Of a stretch of 64,000 nt of DNA, positions 23,343 to 34,136 are shown piece by piece. The notes under the pieces were generated by a model that was given only the letters and a program-made list of their open reading frames with translations, ran no database searches and was not told the DNA's origin. The translations under genes were made by a program, and so were the position numbers. This DNA comes from Methanobrevibacter sp. (GTDB lineage: Archaea; Methanobacteriota; Methanobacteria; Methanobacteriales; Methanobacteriaceae): positions 58,326 to 122,325 of the forward strand of contig NZ_JAUNXR010000003.1 of NCBI RefSeq assembly GCF_030539665.1, written 5' to 3'. Within the stretch, counting starts at the first letter, position 1. The number at the start of each line of letters is the position of its first letter.

Positions 23343-23912
23343 CTAGAATCCTTGTTTAAATCCTAAGTATTTTCTTAAAATTTGACTCATACCGAATGTA
23401 CAAATCATATACCATAATAACCAACCAATTACATAACTGCTTGAAGGATGTCCTCCATAGAATAATGGTCCTATAAAGTGCCAGATTGGAGTTAAAGTTA
23501 TATAATAAACTGATGGAGGCATTTGAACGACAAGGCCACTAATAACTGATGCTCTCATCCACCAAAATATCAAAAGAATTGGAACCATAGTAACAATCAT
23601 AGGTTTGAAGGAATTACTCATCATTTTGGTCTGGTTCTTCATCATTTCAGCTTGTTCAGCCTGAAGTTTAGCTAACTCCTTACCGTCCCCTCTTTTCTGA
23701 GCGTCCCTGAATTTTTTCTGGAATTCTTTTGATCTTTTTTGCATTTCATTCATTTCATCCTGATCGACCAATAATTTATTTGCAACTGTACTTATTAAAG
23801 AAATAATAAATGCAACTATCAATACAGTCAATACAGGATTTTGTGGTGTTGGATCCATTTGTATTAAAGGATCAAACACAGCATTTAGTGCTCCAAATAT
23901 AATGTCAAACAT
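23343..23912 (-). CDS. DUF106 / EMC3-Oxa1-like membrane insertase homologue
   Basis: Three TM segments with a coiled-coil basic loop (KRSKEFQKKFRDAQKRGD). Conserved position between adk and rpl34e. Confidence 0.72.
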   Translation of the reverse strand: MFDIIFGALNAVFDPLIQMDPTPQNPVLTVLIVAFIISLISTVANKLLVDQDEMNEMQKRSKEFQKKFRDAQKRGDGKELAKLQAEQAEMMKNQTKMMSNSFKPMIVTMVPILLIFWWMRASVISGLVVQMPPSVYYITLTPIWHFIGPLFYGGHPSSSYVIGWLLWYMICTFGMSQILRKYLGFKQGF

Positions 23913-23933
23913 TCTATCGCCTAATCATCAAAT

Positions 23934-24491
23934 TTATTTTAAAACATCAACCAGCCTTGCAACAGTTCCCGGCAAATGATTATCATGGTTTTCAATAATC
24001 TTAACTGTAGCTCCAGTTAAAGTAGCATAAGCCATAGCTGCAGCACGATTCATTTCTTGATGAAGTTTGATATTTTTAGCTTTTTCAACATCTCTTGAAC
24101 GTGTTTCATCAGATAATCTTCTGTAGATAATTTCATCAGGATTTGCTTCAACTAAAATAAAATTGCTTGGTTTTAATTTTTCAAGAACCCAAATCGGAAG
24201 ACCTGGTAAAAATCCATCAGGAGTGCTTATAGTACAATGAGTATCTACAATAACATTCTCTGATTCTGATCTTTCTTTAATTCTTTTAGCAGCTTTTTGT
24301 TGAATGATTTTTTGAGTTTCAGATGGTAATTTACGTAATTCATCCCTATTTTCAACAAGTTTTTCTTCAATAGCAATTTCAGTCATGATATCTCCATAAT
24401 TTAAGTGAAGATATTCAACTTCCTCAAGTGCTTTGTTAAGTAATGTTGTACTTCCAGATCCTGGAATACCAGTTAATACTACTAATTTCAT
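23934..24491 (-). CDS. adkA: adenylate kinase (archaeal type)
   Basis: MKLVVLTGIPGSGSTT P-loop. Start trimmed to ATG 24491, so it does not overlap secY. Confidence 0.87.
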   Translation of the reverse strand: MKLVVLTGIPGSGSTTLLNKALEEVEYLHLNYGDIMTEIAIEEKLVENRDELRKLPSETQKIIQQKAAKRIKERSESENVIVDTHCTISTPDGFLPGLPIWVLEKLKPSNFILVEANPDEIIYRRLSDETRSRDVEKAKNIKLHQEMNRAAAMAYATLTGATVKIIENHDNHLPGTVARLVDVLK

Positions 24492-24525
24492 AATATACCC
24501 TCTAAATTTTAAAGAAAGGTGGGAT

Positions 24526-25887
24526 TTAATCTCCACCTAAGAATTTTCTAAGTAATGGATTAGCTGACATAAGTTGTTCTTCAGCCATTTCTTCATAAAG
24601 TTTATGAATAATACCTACTGTAAGTAAAACACCAGTACCTCCACCTAAAGCACCAGTAAGGTCAGCAGCAAATGCAATTATACCTACATAAATACCACTT
24701 ACAAGAGTGAGTGCAGGAATATATTTTTTTAATATTTTATATAATTGGCGTTTACTACTTCTGAATCCTGGAATTTGTATACCGGAATCATATAATTGTT
24801 TTGAAATTTTCTTCGCATTCAATCCACTGATTTCCACCCATAAATATGAGAATAACATACAGCATAACAAGAAGAAAATTGCATACACTAGAACCCTTAA
24901 CGGATTAGTTACAAGTAAACTAATATCAGATGGAGTTGAAAGGAACAATGCAATACCACTTACAGCTTGACCGTTTTGAATTTCTCCTAAAATTGGAACA
25001 CCAATTTTTTGGAAAACACTTGCAAGAAGTGAAACGTTTACAAGCAATGCACTGGTAAGAATAACAGGCATGTTACTTGCATAAACAAATTTTAATGGGT
25101 ATTTACCCACAGATCCCCTAACTCTTCCATGTCCTCTAACTTGACCATGAGAAATTGGTATTTCAACTCTCATAGATTCACCATAAACAACAACAAGGAA
25201 TACACAAATGGTTGCGATTAATGGAATCAAGATAGATACATCAACACCAGTCCAGAAGGATTGGATAAATGAAGGAATGATACCTGGCAATGCACCATCA
25301 GATGCTGGTAAGAAATTGAATGAACCTACCATAATAGCTTCACATACACCTGCAGCAATGAATAAACCAATACCACTACCGAATCCCCATTTTGAAACAA
25401 CTTCATCAAGATAAATTACTAAAATTGCTCCAATAACAAGTTGAAGGAAAAGTACACCAATATAAGAATTATCAATTGGAATTAAACTACCAGTTAATAC
25501 TAAAACACCAGCCTCAAATATTGTAAATACAATAGATAAAACTTTTTGTGTAGCTTGGAAAAGAGATTTATCCTTATGAGAAGACAAATCTAAATTTAAA
25601 AGCTTTGAACCTACTAATAATTGTAAAACAATAGAAGCAGTTACAATTGGACCAATTCCTAAAGTAAGGATAGAACCAAAACTTCCAGCCATTACAGCTC
25701 TTAATTGTGCAAACTGGTCAACAGCATTCGGACTTAACCCAAATAATGGAATTTGTGTTAAAATATAATACAAAACCAAAATCAAAGCTGTCCATTTTAG
25801 TTTTTCTCTAAAATCTTCTCTATGAACTGGAGACTTAACTTCAGGAATAAACCTAAATAAAGGCTCCAACTTTTCCAATGATGACAT
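24526..25887 (-). CDS. secY: preprotein translocase subunit SecY
   Basis: 453 aa and 10-TM SecY-like sequence at the end of the spc operon. Confidence 0.95.
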   Translation of the reverse strand: MSSLEKLEPLFRFIPEVKSPVHREDFREKLKWTALILVLYYILTQIPLFGLSPNAVDQFAQLRAVMAGSFGSILTLGIGPIVTASIVLQLLVGSKLLNLDLSSHKDKSLFQATQKVLSIVFTIFEAGVLVLTGSLIPIDNSYIGVLFLQLVIGAILVIYLDEVVSKWGFGSGIGLFIAAGVCEAIMVGSFNFLPASDGALPGIIPSFIQSFWTGVDVSILIPLIATICVFLVVVYGESMRVEIPISHGQVRGHGRVRGSVGKYPLKFVYASNMPVILTSALLVNVSLLASVFQKIGVPILGEIQNGQAVSGIALFLSTPSDISLLVTNPLRVLVYAIFFLLCCMLFSYLWVEISGLNAKKISKQLYDSGIQIPGFRSSKRQLYKILKKYIPALTLVSGIYVGIIAFAADLTGALGGGTGVLLTVGIIHKLYEEMAEEQLMSANPLLRKFLGGD

Positions 25888-25916
25888 TTTATTTTCCTCA
25901 AAAAAATAAGGAAAAG

Positions 25917-26354
25917 CTATAATTCTATAGCTTCTCCACCTAACTCTTCGATTTTTTCTACAGCAGATGCTGAGAATTTAGGTGCTGAAATTTTGAATAC
26001 TTTAGTAATGTTTCCTTTTCCTAAAACTTTATCAAAACCTAAATCGGTTACGTCAATAACAATTGCATCTCCATCAACAGAAGCTTTTCCAGATTTGATT
26101 AATTCGTCAGCTTTTTCTTCTAAATAAACTAAGTTAACAGGATTTACTTTTTTAATCATTTTACTTGGTCTTTTGAATCCGTGTTTACCGTAATGGTTAG
26201 GATCGTGAATTACAGTCCAAGTCCAATGTTGTTTTGAAGCTCCAGCATTACCTTTTCCACCTTTGTTACCTGCACCTCTACGTTTTTTGGTACAACCTCC
26301 ACCGTTGGATCTAGAACCTCTTTGTTTGTTAATTTTACGTTTTGTTCTAATCAT
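25917..26354 (-). CDS. rpl15: 50S ribosomal protein L15 (uL15)
   Basis: MIRTKRKINKQRGSR N-terminus. ATG 26354 is preceded by AGGTGATTTTA; the ORF-track GTG lies inside the SD. Confidence 0.94.
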   Translation of the reverse strand: MIRTKRKINKQRGSRSNGGGCTKKRRGAGNKGGKGNAGASKQHWTWTVIHDPNHYGKHGFKRPSKMIKKVNPVNLVYLEEKADELIKSGKASVDGDAIVIDVTDLGFDKVLGKGNITKVFKISAPKFSASAVEKIEELGGEAIEL

Positions 26355-26368
26355 TAAAATCACCTAAT

Positions 26369-26827
26369 TTAAAGCATTTTAGCTGCAAGGTCTTCAATTT
26401 CTTCTCCTCTGTAACCTAAAGATCCTCCTTCATTAATTGAAAGACGGATGTCTTCATATCCTTTTCTAGGAGGGTGTAAACGGAATACAGGTTTGATATC
26501 TAAATCAGCTAATTTTACTTCGGAATTGATAACAGCATTAGCTAATTCTTCAATGTTAGCGTAGTCAGAGTTTTCAGCTACATATTCATCAGTAACTGCT
26601 TTTCCACCAACAATTTTACCTCTTTTAGCAATCATTTTTGCTAAAAATTCAGGAGTAATTTCACCCCAGGTAATGTAATCCTTACCTTTTTGAAGCATAC
26701 CTTTGTAACTAGGATTTTCTTCAACTAAAACTGCATGGTTAATTCTATTAAGTCTTAACATGTCTAAAGTATCAGCGATTTTTTGAATAACGCCAGTTGT
26801 TCCTCTAACTCTAATAACTAAAAACAT
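26369..26827 (-). CDS. rpl30: 50S ribosomal protein L30 (uL30)
   Basis: [10 protein letters not shown] motif and operon position. Confidence 0.94.
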   Translation of the reverse strand: MFLVIRVRGTTGVIQKIADTLDMLRLNRINHAVLVEENPSYKGMLQKGKDYITWGEITPEFLAKMIAKRGKIVGGKAVTDEYVAENSDYANIEELANAVINSEVKLADLDIKPVFRLHPPRKGYEDIRLSINEGGSLGYRGEEIEDLAAKML

Positions 26828-26838
26828 TATATCACCAA

Positions 26839-27480
26839 TTAGTAGTTAACTCCCATTTTCTTGAGATCACTTTCACTAGCTTTAATTGCACTTAATTCTT
26901 TTAATGCTTCGAAAACAGCATTAGCAAAGTTTACAGTAGTTTGAGTTTGACCAAAGGTTTGAGACCATACATCTTGGATACCTGCAAGTCTTAAAATAGT
27001 TTTACCTACATCTCCAACTACTAAACCAACACCTGCTGGTGCAGGAATTAAAGTTACATTTACACTACTGGTTTTACCATTTACTTTGAAAGGCACGGTG
27101 TGTTCTCTTCCACATACACAACCCCAGTCTCCACAACCTCTTCTTACTTTGATAAGGTTGTATTTAGCATTGTCAACAGCTTTTCTGATTGCTGGACCTA
27201 CCTCTTTAGCTTTACCTTGGCCTAATCCAACATATCCATCCTTATTACCTACTGCAACGATTACTCTAAAGTTAACTTTTCTACCAGATTTGTGCATTCT
27301 TTGAACTAAGTTAACATCCATAACTTCTTCTTCTAAATCAGGAACTAAGGCATCAACTATTTCTAATTCCATAATTGGAAGACCTTTTTCAAAGATTTCA
27401 TCGATATCAGTGATAGTTCCATCTTTAACTAATTTACCTAATTTAGTTTTAGGTTCCCATTCATCCATATTAAAGCTCAT
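26839..27480 (-). CDS. rps5: 30S ribosomal protein S5 (uS5)
   Basis: S5 dsRBD and C-terminal domain motifs ([16 protein letters not shown]). Confidence 0.95.
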   Translation of the reverse strand: MSFNMDEWEPKTKLGKLVKDGTITDIDEIFEKGLPIMELEIVDALVPDLEEEVMDVNLVQRMHKSGRKVNFRVIVAVGNKDGYVGLGQGKAKEVGPAIRKAVDNAKYNLIKVRRGCGDWGCVCGREHTVPFKVNGKTSSVNVTLIPAPAGVGLVVGDVGKTILRLAGIQDVWSQTFGQTQTTVNFANAVFEALKELSAIKASESDLKKMGVNY

Positions 27481-27482
27481 AG

Positions 27483-28070
27483 TTATACCTCTGCCTCATC
27501 AATGTTCTTTTTAGCTTCTTCAAAATTCTCAGGTAAATCTACAGGATTAAGACCTCTTTCAAGATATTTAGAGAATTTTTTGTTTAATTCATCTTCATCT
27601 AAAGATTCTGCATATGCAGCTACATGTTCTCCTCTAATACGTTCGTCTTCAGGGAAAATGAAATCACCGTGAGGAACTTCTAAGCCTGCATCAACAGCAC
27701 CTTTGAGAGCTGCGAATACTTTTGATCCTTTAATAGGGGATTTTAAACCAATGTCTAAGATTGCAGTGTCAATGTCTTTAGCTAATGCTCTTTTTGCTGC
27801 AAGGTAAGCTGTTAAATAAACACCAGAAATGTTGTTTGCTCCACCTAAGTAACCATATTTAGGTAATTCTTTACTTACAGCAGATGCTAAAGTAATATCT
27901 CCTTCAGGAGCGTAGTCAATAATTTGAACAGTTGCATTAGCGTTGGAAAGTCTTACAACTAAACGAGATTTATCGTAGTCGACTAATTTCATTCTAGCTG
28001 CATAATCAGTTTTTCCTTCTCTTCTCCTTCTGAATGGTATTTTGTAATTTGATCCGTTAGCCACTTTCAT
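27483..28070 (-). CDS. rpl18: 50S ribosomal protein L18 (uL18)
   Basis: [11 protein letters not shown] motif. Confidence 0.95.
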   Translation of the reverse strand: MKVANGSNYKIPFRRRREGKTDYAARMKLVDYDKSRLVVRLSNANATVQIIDYAPEGDITLASAVSKELPKYGYLGGANNISGVYLTAYLAAKRALAKDIDTAILDIGLKSPIKGSKVFAALKGAVDAGLEVPHGDFIFPEDERIRGEHVAAYAESLDEDELNKKFSKYLERGLNPVDLPENFEEAKKNIDEAEV

Positions 28071-28075
28071 TCCCC

Positions 28076-28522
28076 CTATTTAATTAAATCATGGTCACGA
28101 GCGTAGTTTTTCATGTAAGATTTACTTCTGAAAGCTCCACCTTTAGCCATTTTATATAATTTACGGTATGTAGTAGCATCAATTTCTTCATTAGCACGCA
28201 TTTCTTTAAGATCTTTTCTTAAAGCTCTGATTGTAGTCATCCATGCTTGTTTTTTAGGAGTACGTGCTTTTTTAGCTCCTTTTCTACTACCATGCCCTTT
28301 TCTTTTTCCTTTTGCTTTTTGTTCAGCTATCTTTTTAGAACGATAGCTACTAATTCCTTTTTTAGGTTTTGCTTTAATAGCACCATTATCGATTAGCTGT
28401 TTTACCCCTTCTCTAGTAATTGCTCTAGAAACTTCATCTATTCTTTCAGGGTCAATCCATACACGGTTAAGACCTACTTTAAGAATACTTGCAGCTAATC
28501 TTTTTTGAGTTGTAAGATTCAT
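28076..28522 (-). CDS. rpl19e: 50S ribosomal protein L19e (eL19)
   Basis: LTTQKRLAASILKVG N-terminus. Confidence 0.95.
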   Translation of the reverse strand: MNLTTQKRLAASILKVGLNRVWIDPERIDEVSRAITREGVKQLIDNGAIKAKPKKGISSYRSKKIAEQKAKGKRKGHGSRKGAKKARTPKKQAWMTTIRALRKDLKEMRANEEIDATTYRKLYKMAKGGAFRSKSYMKNYARDHDLIK

Positions 28523-28659
28523 ATATATAATCCTCCGTCTTCAGCTCAAAGCTGATTATTTAGATTTTATCTAAAGTCCCTTAATTTTTAATAAATTTAT
28601 ATCAGTAGAATCAATAGTACCCTCATTGACTCAACTTTAATAAATATGAATTATTCAAA

Positions 28660-28989
28660 TTATTTATTTAAAACTTTAATTCCGAGTTCAGCTGCTTTTT
28701 CAAGCATTAACTCTTTTTTCCTTTTACCAATAGAAGCATTAATTCTTGCAGCTTCGGTTGCTGGATCGATTGCTTCTAATTCCTTCATGTTATTAACAAG
28801 AACATCTTTATATCCGGAAGGGTGTAAATACCTAGTTGATTTAGGAGTCCTGTAACCAATTGCAGGCATTGCTGGTTTTCCTGCTTCGTATCTTCTCATT
28901 TTACTGGTTTTTCCTCTAGGTCTTCTCCATTTGATTCCAAGTTTTTTATAACGAGCATATTCTTGTCTTTTAAATCTTTTATTAGCCAT
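28660..28989 (-). CDS. rpl32e: 50S ribosomal protein L32e (eL32)
   Basis: RPRGKTSKMR motif. ATG 28989 is preceded by AGGTGATTTTA. Confidence 0.93.
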   Translation of the reverse strand: MANKRFKRQEYARYKKLGIKWRRPRGKTSKMRRYEAGKPAMPAIGYRTPKSTRYLHPSGYKDVLVNNMKELEAIDPATEAARINASIGKRKKELMLEKAAELGIKVLNK

Positions 28990-28998
28990 TAAAATCAC

Positions 28999-29535
28999 CT
29001 ATTCTTTGCTAATTAAATATATTCCGTCTTGGAATACTCTAGGATCTCTTCCTTTAATTTTAGTTGCTTGTTCTAGGTTAGCCATGGTTTGACCAACATG
29101 TTCTTTGTTAATACCTGTAATTGTGACCTCATCACCTTTAACAGAAACTTTTGAATCTCCTACGATTTTTGCGTTTCTTGGGTGTCTTTCCCCGAGGAAA
29201 TTGTCAATTACAACGATGTCTTTATTAACTTTTACAGTCATTGGAAAGTGAGCAAATACAATTTTCATTGTGTATTTGAAACCGTCAGTCACACCAATAA
29301 TCATGTTTGAAATGTGTGCTTTTGTGGTTCCGATCATTGCTTTATCTTTCTTTTTTGGGAATGAAGTTTCTAAAACAATAACATCATCTTCTTCTTTGAT
29401 ACTTACGTTAGGGTAAGTAAATACTCTGGAGTCTTCTCCATTAGGCCCTTTAACAGAAACCTCATTTTTATTAATTATAACTTCAACGCCTTCAGGGATT
29501 TCAATTTCTTCCCTTATAGCTGCAGCTACTACCAT
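28999..29535 (-). CDS. rpl6: 50S ribosomal protein L6 (uL6)
   Basis: Two-domain L6 sequence and operon position. Confidence 0.95.
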   Translation of the reverse strand: MVVAAAIREEIEIPEGVEVIINKNEVSVKGPNGEDSRVFTYPNVSIKEEDDVIVLETSFPKKKDKAMIGTTKAHISNMIIGVTDGFKYTMKIVFAHFPMTVKVNKDIVVIDNFLGERHPRNAKIVGDSKVSVKGDEVTITGINKEHVGQTMANLEQATKIKGRDPRVFQDGIYLISKE

Positions 29536-29545
29536 ATATAATCAC

Positions 29546-29938
29546 CTAGTACATGTAAGCCAACAAACGTCCACCAATACCTCTTTCTTTTGCCTCATTG
29601 TGAGTCATAATACCTTGAGGAGTGGTAAGGATTAAAATACCAAAGTTCTTTGCTGGCAAATATCTTTTTTCAAATTTCTCAAATTCATCTTTCTTAACAG
29701 CGTGACGAGGTTTGATAACACCACATTTGTTTATGTTACCATCCAATTCAACATTGAATTTACCTGCTCTGTTGTCATCTACATATTCAAAATTACCAAT
29801 ATAATTTTCTTTTTGCATAACGCTTAAAACTTCTCCAATTAATTTTGAAGCTGGAGAAATAACACAAGAATCGTTTACTTGTAATTCGTTATTTCTAATG
29901 TTAGTTAAAGCATCAGCAAGAGGATCCATAAGACTCAT
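29546..29938 (-). CDS. rps8: 30S ribosomal protein S8 (uS8)
   Basis: [13 protein letters not shown]-terminus. Confidence 0.95.
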   Translation of the reverse strand: MSLMDPLADALTNIRNNELQVNDSCVISPASKLIGEVLSVMQKENYIGNFEYVDDNRAGKFNVELDGNINKCGVIKPRHAVKKDEFEKFEKRYLPAKNFGILILTTPQGIMTHNEAKERGIGGRLLAYMY

Positions 29939-29949
29939 ATTAACTACCT

Positions 29950-30093
29950 TTAATTATATTTTTTAAAACCTATTTTAGGAGCAATTTCCCTAAAACATTG
30001 TCTGCATAAATTGAGCCCATATCTACTAATCATAGCAGAATGATCTCCACATCTAGTACATTTTTTTGCAGCTTTTCCATATTTTCTTGGCAA
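29950..30093 (-). CDS. rps14: 30S ribosomal protein S14 type Z (uS14, zinc-binding)
   Basis: Hand-translated 47-aa ORF (M)[49 protein letters not shown] start preceded by AGGTGA. Below the ORF-track cutoff, in the canonical slot between rpl5 and rps8. Confidence 0.9.
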   Translation of the reverse strand: MPRKYGKAAKKCTRCGDHSAMISRYGLNLCRQCFREIAPKIGFKKYN

Positions 30094-30109
30094 ACTATCA
30101 CCTATTAAT

Positions 30110-30622
30110 CTATTCAGTTACGTAATTTACATTAAAATTATCTTCCATGAATTTCATGGTTTCTTCTTTTGAAATTCTATGTTTTTGTGGTATTTTCTTT
30201 TGTTGGATTTTTCTTTTAGCTATTCTATAACCTGGTTTTTCAAAGGTTATTGAAAGGTTCATACCAAAAATACCGATATCAGGATTATATTTCATACCTG
30301 GAATATCGATATGTTCTCTAATACCGAATGAAAGATTTCCTTGGTCATCGAATTGGGTAGGTCTAAGGTTTCTCATAATTCCTTCTAAAACCATATCCAC
30401 TGCTTTATCAGCTTTGTCTCCACGTAAAGTAACTTTACATGCAATAGGTTGACGTTTTCTGATACCCCATTCAGGGTTGGTTACTTTTGAATAAGTTTTA
30501 ACAGGAGTTTGATCAAACATTTCTTCTAAAAGTGTAATAGCACGGGATAATTTTTCACCTGCTTCACCTACACCAATGTTAACGGTAACTTTTTCAATTT
30601 GAACTTCGTTCATAGGATTCAT
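30110..30622 (-). CDS. rpl5: 50S ribosomal protein L5 (uL5)
   Basis: Conserved L5 sequence and operon position. Confidence 0.95.
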   Translation of the reverse strand: MNPMNEVQIEKVTVNIGVGEAGEKLSRAITLLEEMFDQTPVKTYSKVTNPEWGIRKRQPIACKVTLRGDKADKAVDMVLEGIMRNLRPTQFDDQGNLSFGIREHIDIPGMKYNPDIGIFGMNLSITFEKPGYRIAKRKIQQKKIPQKHRISKEETMKFMEDNFNVNYVTE

Positions 30623-31347
30623 TGATTAACCTCCAATAAGTCAATTATTGGTGCATCAGTTCCAATAACAAAAGCATAATCTTTTAAAGTTAAGAAATTG
30701 TCTTTTGCATTGTTTTCAATAACGATAGTATTTGGATTAGAAGATTCGTTAATGATGATTTCAGTTACTTTACCTAATTCACCGGTGTGTTTACCACCAG
30801 TAACAAGTACAGTAGCTCCAACTTCTAATTTAAGTGATTCTTTGATATCTTGTTCAGGAACAGAGATAACAACAATATCTCCAACATTTAAGTCGGTTTC
30901 ATCAACAATTATGTTTTTACCATCGTGAAGGTTTAATTGGATTTTTCCGCCTTTGATAGTGGTTTTGTTGACGATTTTACATAATTTAGAATCATTATCG
31001 TCTATTGGTTTTAATTGTAATCTACCTTTAGTATCTAAAAGTATTCTATAAGATTCTTCAGTTTTTGGAATTTCAATAATATCCATAAATCCAACTGGGA
31101 ATTTATAATCTTTAACTACTCTACCATCTACAAGAACATTACCTGAGTTGATGATTCTTTTTGCTTCTCTGGAATTGTCAGCTAATCCGAGAATGTCTCT
31201 AATAACTAAAGTTAATGGTAATGCATCATCAATAGCATGTGAACCTGCTGAAGGTTTTACAGTCCAGGTATCTTCTTTAGGATGAATAGGCCAGGTTTTT
31301 GGTGCTTTATATCTTTTGAGATGTTTTCTTGAACCCATATTAGCCAT
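30619..31347 (-). CDS. rps4e: 30S ribosomal protein S4e (eS4)
   Basis: [14 protein letters not shown]-terminus. 4-nt overlap with rpl5. Confidence 0.95.
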   Translation of the reverse strand: MANMGSRKHLKRYKAPKTWPIHPKEDTWTVKPSAGSHAIDDALPLTLVIRDILGLADNSREAKRIINSGNVLVDGRVVKDYKFPVGFMDIIEIPKTEESYRILLDTKGRLQLKPIDDNDSKLCKIVNKTTIKGGKIQLNLHDGKNIIVDETDLNVGDIVVISVPEQDIKESLKLEVGATVLVTGGKHTGELGKVTEIIINESSNPNTIVIENNAKDNFLTLKDYAFVIGTDAPIIDLLEVNQ

Positions 31348-31348
31348 G

Positions 31349-31702
31349 TTATTTATCTCCTTTTACGTTTTTTGCTCTTCTATCATCGTCCATATCAGCT
31401 TTAATAATCATTAAGTTGGATGGATCTACTGGAAGAAGTATTGCGCTTCCATCAGGTTTGGATAAAGTTACTTCCTCAATAGTTACTTTGTAGTTGTTAT
31501 AATCTACACCTAAAATTTTACCTTCGTGATCTTTGAAGTCTCCACGAAGAACTTTTACTTTATCTCCAACTCTTAAAGGTAAAGCTCTTGTACCGATTTT
31601 TTCTCTGAGATCTTTACTTAAAGTAGCACTTAAGTGTTTACCACGTTTGTGTGCAGGTGCTTTGTAAAGAGCTTTTCTTTGTTTTCTTGGTTGTTTTGAC
31701 AT
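31349..31702 (-). CDS. rpl24: 50S ribosomal protein L24 (uL24)
   Basis: KOW motif ([18 protein letters not shown]). Confidence 0.95.
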   Translation of the reverse strand: MSKQPRKQRKALYKAPAHKRGKHLSATLSKDLREKIGTRALPLRVGDKVKVLRGDFKDHEGKILGVDYNNYKVTIEEVTLSKPDGSAILLPVDPSNLMIIKADMDDDRRAKNVKGDK

Positions 31703-31711
31703 TATTTCACC

Positions 31712-32110
31712 TTATACTAAAATACTTGCTGCACTACCTACACTAGGCCATCTGTCAGCTGCTTCTTTAGCTACAGGACCTCTGATTTCTGATCCTTTCA
31801 ATACACCTTCAGGAGTAATAATAACAGCTGCATTATCTTCAAACTTAACACGAAGTCCGTCAGCACGTCTAAATTCCTTTTTTTGTCTTACAACTACTGC
31901 GTTAACGATTTCTCTTCTCATATCAGCAGTACCTTTTTTAACAGATGCTACAACTAAATCCCCAACACCAGCAACATCGAGTCTTCTGCGAACACCCTTA
32001 TATCCTTTTACTGAAATAATTTCAATTTCACGTGCACCAGTATTATCCACACATTGAAGAGTAGCTCCGATTGGTAATGCTTTAGATACACTTGATGTTA
32101 ATGCTTTCAT
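31712..32110 (-). CDS. rpl14: 50S ribosomal protein L14 (uL14)
   Basis: Conserved uL14 sequence ([10 protein letters not shown]). Confidence 0.95.
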   Translation of the reverse strand: MKALTSSVSKALPIGATLQCVDNTGAREIEIISVKGYKGVRRRLDVAGVGDLVVASVKKGTADMRREIVNAVVVRQKKEFRRADGLRVKFEDNAAVIITPEGVLKGSEIRGPVAKEAADRWPSVGSAASILV

Positions 32111-32114
32111 AAAA

Positions 32115-32432
32115 TTACTCTCCTTTTACTTCTACTAAAACAAAGTGTTTAGTTTTACTTAAAGGTCTACATTCTGCAACTTTTACAGAATCTCCAATAT
32201 TTACATCTAAACAATCTGGTTTGTGAACATTAATTTTAGATTTTCTTTTTTCGTATCTTTCATATTTTTTAATGAATTTATAGTAACTACGTTCTACACT
32301 AATTGTCCTTTCAGCTTTGTTACTTACAACAACACCCTCAAGGATTTGACCTCTTACAGGTAAGGATCCGTGGAAAGGACAGTTAGGATCATCGCATGTA
32401 GTTTCTGGTACTTGAACATTAAGCCCAACCAT
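32115..32432 (-). CDS. rps17: 30S ribosomal protein S17 (uS17)
   Basis: [10 protein letters not shown] motif and OB fold. Confidence 0.95.
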   Translation of the reverse strand: MVGLNVQVPETTCDDPNCPFHGSLPVRGQILEGVVVSNKAERTISVERSYYKFIKKYERYEKRKSKINVHKPDCLDVNIGDSVKVAECRPLSKTKHFVLVEVKGE

Positions 32433-32443
32433 ATTATCACCAT

Positions 32444-32734
32444 TTATATTTTTTTAAATCTTTTTTTTATTCTATCTTCAGGACGAATTGACAAAATATT
32501 ACCCTCAATTTCTATAATTTCATTGTTTGGTAATTTGAATTGAAAGATTGAATTGATTTTAGGAATTAATTTTTCCTCATATATCCCTTTATCATTCTTA
32601 ACTTCAATCTTAATCGTATTCTTTGTCTCATCAATAATAATTCCATTTAAATCAAGAGATTTATTAGTTGAACTAATAACCCTTACATTTAGTCCAATAA
32701 ATTCATGATGAACTAAATTTTTTGAAGTTATCAT
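32444..32734 (-). CDS. rnp1: ribonuclease P protein component 1 (Rpp29/Pop4)
   Basis: [26 protein letters not shown] motif. Conserved slot between sui1/rpl29 and rps17. Confidence 0.85.
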   Translation of the reverse strand: MITSKNLVHHEFIGLNVRVISSTNKSLDLNGIIIDETKNTIKIEVKNDKGIYEEKLIPKINSIFQFKLPNNEIIEIEGNILSIRPEDRIKKRFKKI

Positions 32735-32798
32735 AATATCTCTCTATGAAACTAGTCAGCTGAATATATTTGAACTCCTATTATCGAATAAATGAAAT

Positions 32799-33140
32799 TT
32801 ATTTTCTTCTTTTTCTATTGTTCTTTTTAGATTCACGAATTTCAATAGTATCGGATGAGAATCCCATATCAGATAAAACTTCTTTAACTCTTACTTTATG
32901 ATCTCCTTGGAGTTCAATTTGACTGTTTTTAGCAGTTCCACCACAAGCACATTTTGCTTTAAGGGTTTTAGTTAATTCTCTGATATCAATATCGTGTTCA
33001 TCGATACCTTCAATAATAGTCATGAGTTTTCCGAATCTTCTTCTAACTGTAAATACTTTAACAGTTTGAACTTCACGTGCAATTTCTTCGCAAACACAAA
33101 GTTCTTCCGGAAGCCCACATACATCACAGATTTTTGACAT
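32799..33140 (-). CDS. translation initiation factor aSUI1 (eIF1 homologue)
   Basis: N-terminal CxxC..CxC knuckle plus a SUI1 domain ([13 protein letters not shown]). Confidence 0.88.
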   Translation of the reverse strand: MSKICDVCGLPEELCVCEEIAREVQTVKVFTVRRRFGKLMTIIEGIDEHDIDIRELTKTLKAKCACGGTAKNSQIELQGDHKVRVKEVLSDMGFSSDTIEIRESKKNNRKRRK

Positions 33141-33347
33141 TTAATTCTCCTTCTGTTTTTCATTCAAAATTGTAAGAACACGAGCAATGGTTCTTTTCAA
33201 TTCTCTAATTTTTCCAGGGTTTTCATTAACACCTGCAGCTGCACTTTTAGAAACATTTTTGGATAATTCTGCTTTGAGTTCAATTAATTTTTCTTGAATC
33301 TCATCAACTTCCATGTCCCAAATTTCTTTACTTCTTAAAATCGCCAT
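33141..33347 (-). CDS. rpl29: 50S ribosomal protein L29 (uL29)
   Basis: 68-aa helical protein (ELKAEL..RELKRTIARV). Confidence 0.93.
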   Translation of the reverse strand: MAILRSKEIWDMEVDEIQEKLIELKAELSKNVSKSAAAGVNENPGKIRELKRTIARVLTILNEKQKEN

Positions 33348-33365
33348 TGTAACAACTCACTATGA

Positions 33366-34136
33366 CTAATCATCGTCTGCTTCTACAGCATCTTCTTCAA
33401 TAACTTCTTCTAATTCATCGAGGTCTTCGATTTCTTCTACGATTTCTTCGTCTTCGATGATTTCTTCATCTTCAGGAGTAATTGATTCATCTATTACCAT
33501 TTCACCTTCAGCAACAACTTCACCATCTTCAACGATTTTTTCAGTTGGAGGAAGAATTTCAACGGTATCTGGTAATACAGTTTCAGGAGGCATGATTCTT
33601 ACATAAATACCTAAAACACCAGGTTTTAATTGAACTGTAGCAAATCCTTCTTCTACAAATCTGATTGATGGTTCACCACATTTTTTGATGTAACCTTCTA
33701 CAAATTTAGCTACAGCAGATCTTGAACCTCTGATTTTACCGGAAATAGTAACTTCTACACCTTGAGCTCCAGCACCCATAATTCTACGAATAGTTGAATA
33801 AGCTACTCTTCTGAAGTGCATACCTCTTTGTAACATGTTAGCTATTTTATAAGCCATGATTTTAGGATTAAGTTCAGGAGTTTCAACTTCTTTAACCTCA
33901 ATTTGAGGATTGTCTAATCCAAATTCGTTTTTAAGAGTATTGGTAATGCTTCTTACGTTTTTTCCGCCTCTACCAATTACCATACCTGGTCTTTCTGCAT
34001 AAACTACAACCATAGTTCCTAATGGTGTAACTTGTACGTCCATACCACCGTATCCAGCTCTTTCGAGTTCTTTTTCAAAATATTCGTCAATTCTTGTTCT
34101 TCTAAGGCCTTCAGTGACAAAATCTTTTTCTATCAT
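33366..34136 (-). CDS. rps3: 30S ribosomal protein S3 (uS3) with long acidic C-terminal tail
   Basis: KH domain GRGGKN. The last ~55 aa are almost entirely E/D/I/V. Confidence 0.95.
   Translation of the reverse strand: MIEKDFVTEGLRRTRIDEYFEKELERAGYGGMDVQVTPLGTMVVVYAERPGMVIGRGGKNVRSITNTLKNEFGLDNPQIEVKEVETPELNPKIMAYKIANMLQRGMHFRRVAYSTIRRIMGAGAQGVEVTISGKIRGSRSAVAKFVEGYIKKCGEPSIRFVEEGFATVQLKPGVLGIYVRIMPPETVLPDTVEILPPTEKIVEDGEVVAEGEMVIDESITPEDEEIIEDEEIVEEIEDLDELEEVIEEDAVEADDD

Noticed and set aside
28523-28659. Possible C/D box sRNA in the rpl32e-rpl19e spacer (AATGAGG ... CTGA ... CTGA on the minus strand).
   Set aside because: The C box is imperfect (no RUGAUGA), there is no C'/D' pair at proper spacing, and there is no terminal stem. 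The box-to-box distances do not fit the 12-nt guide rule.
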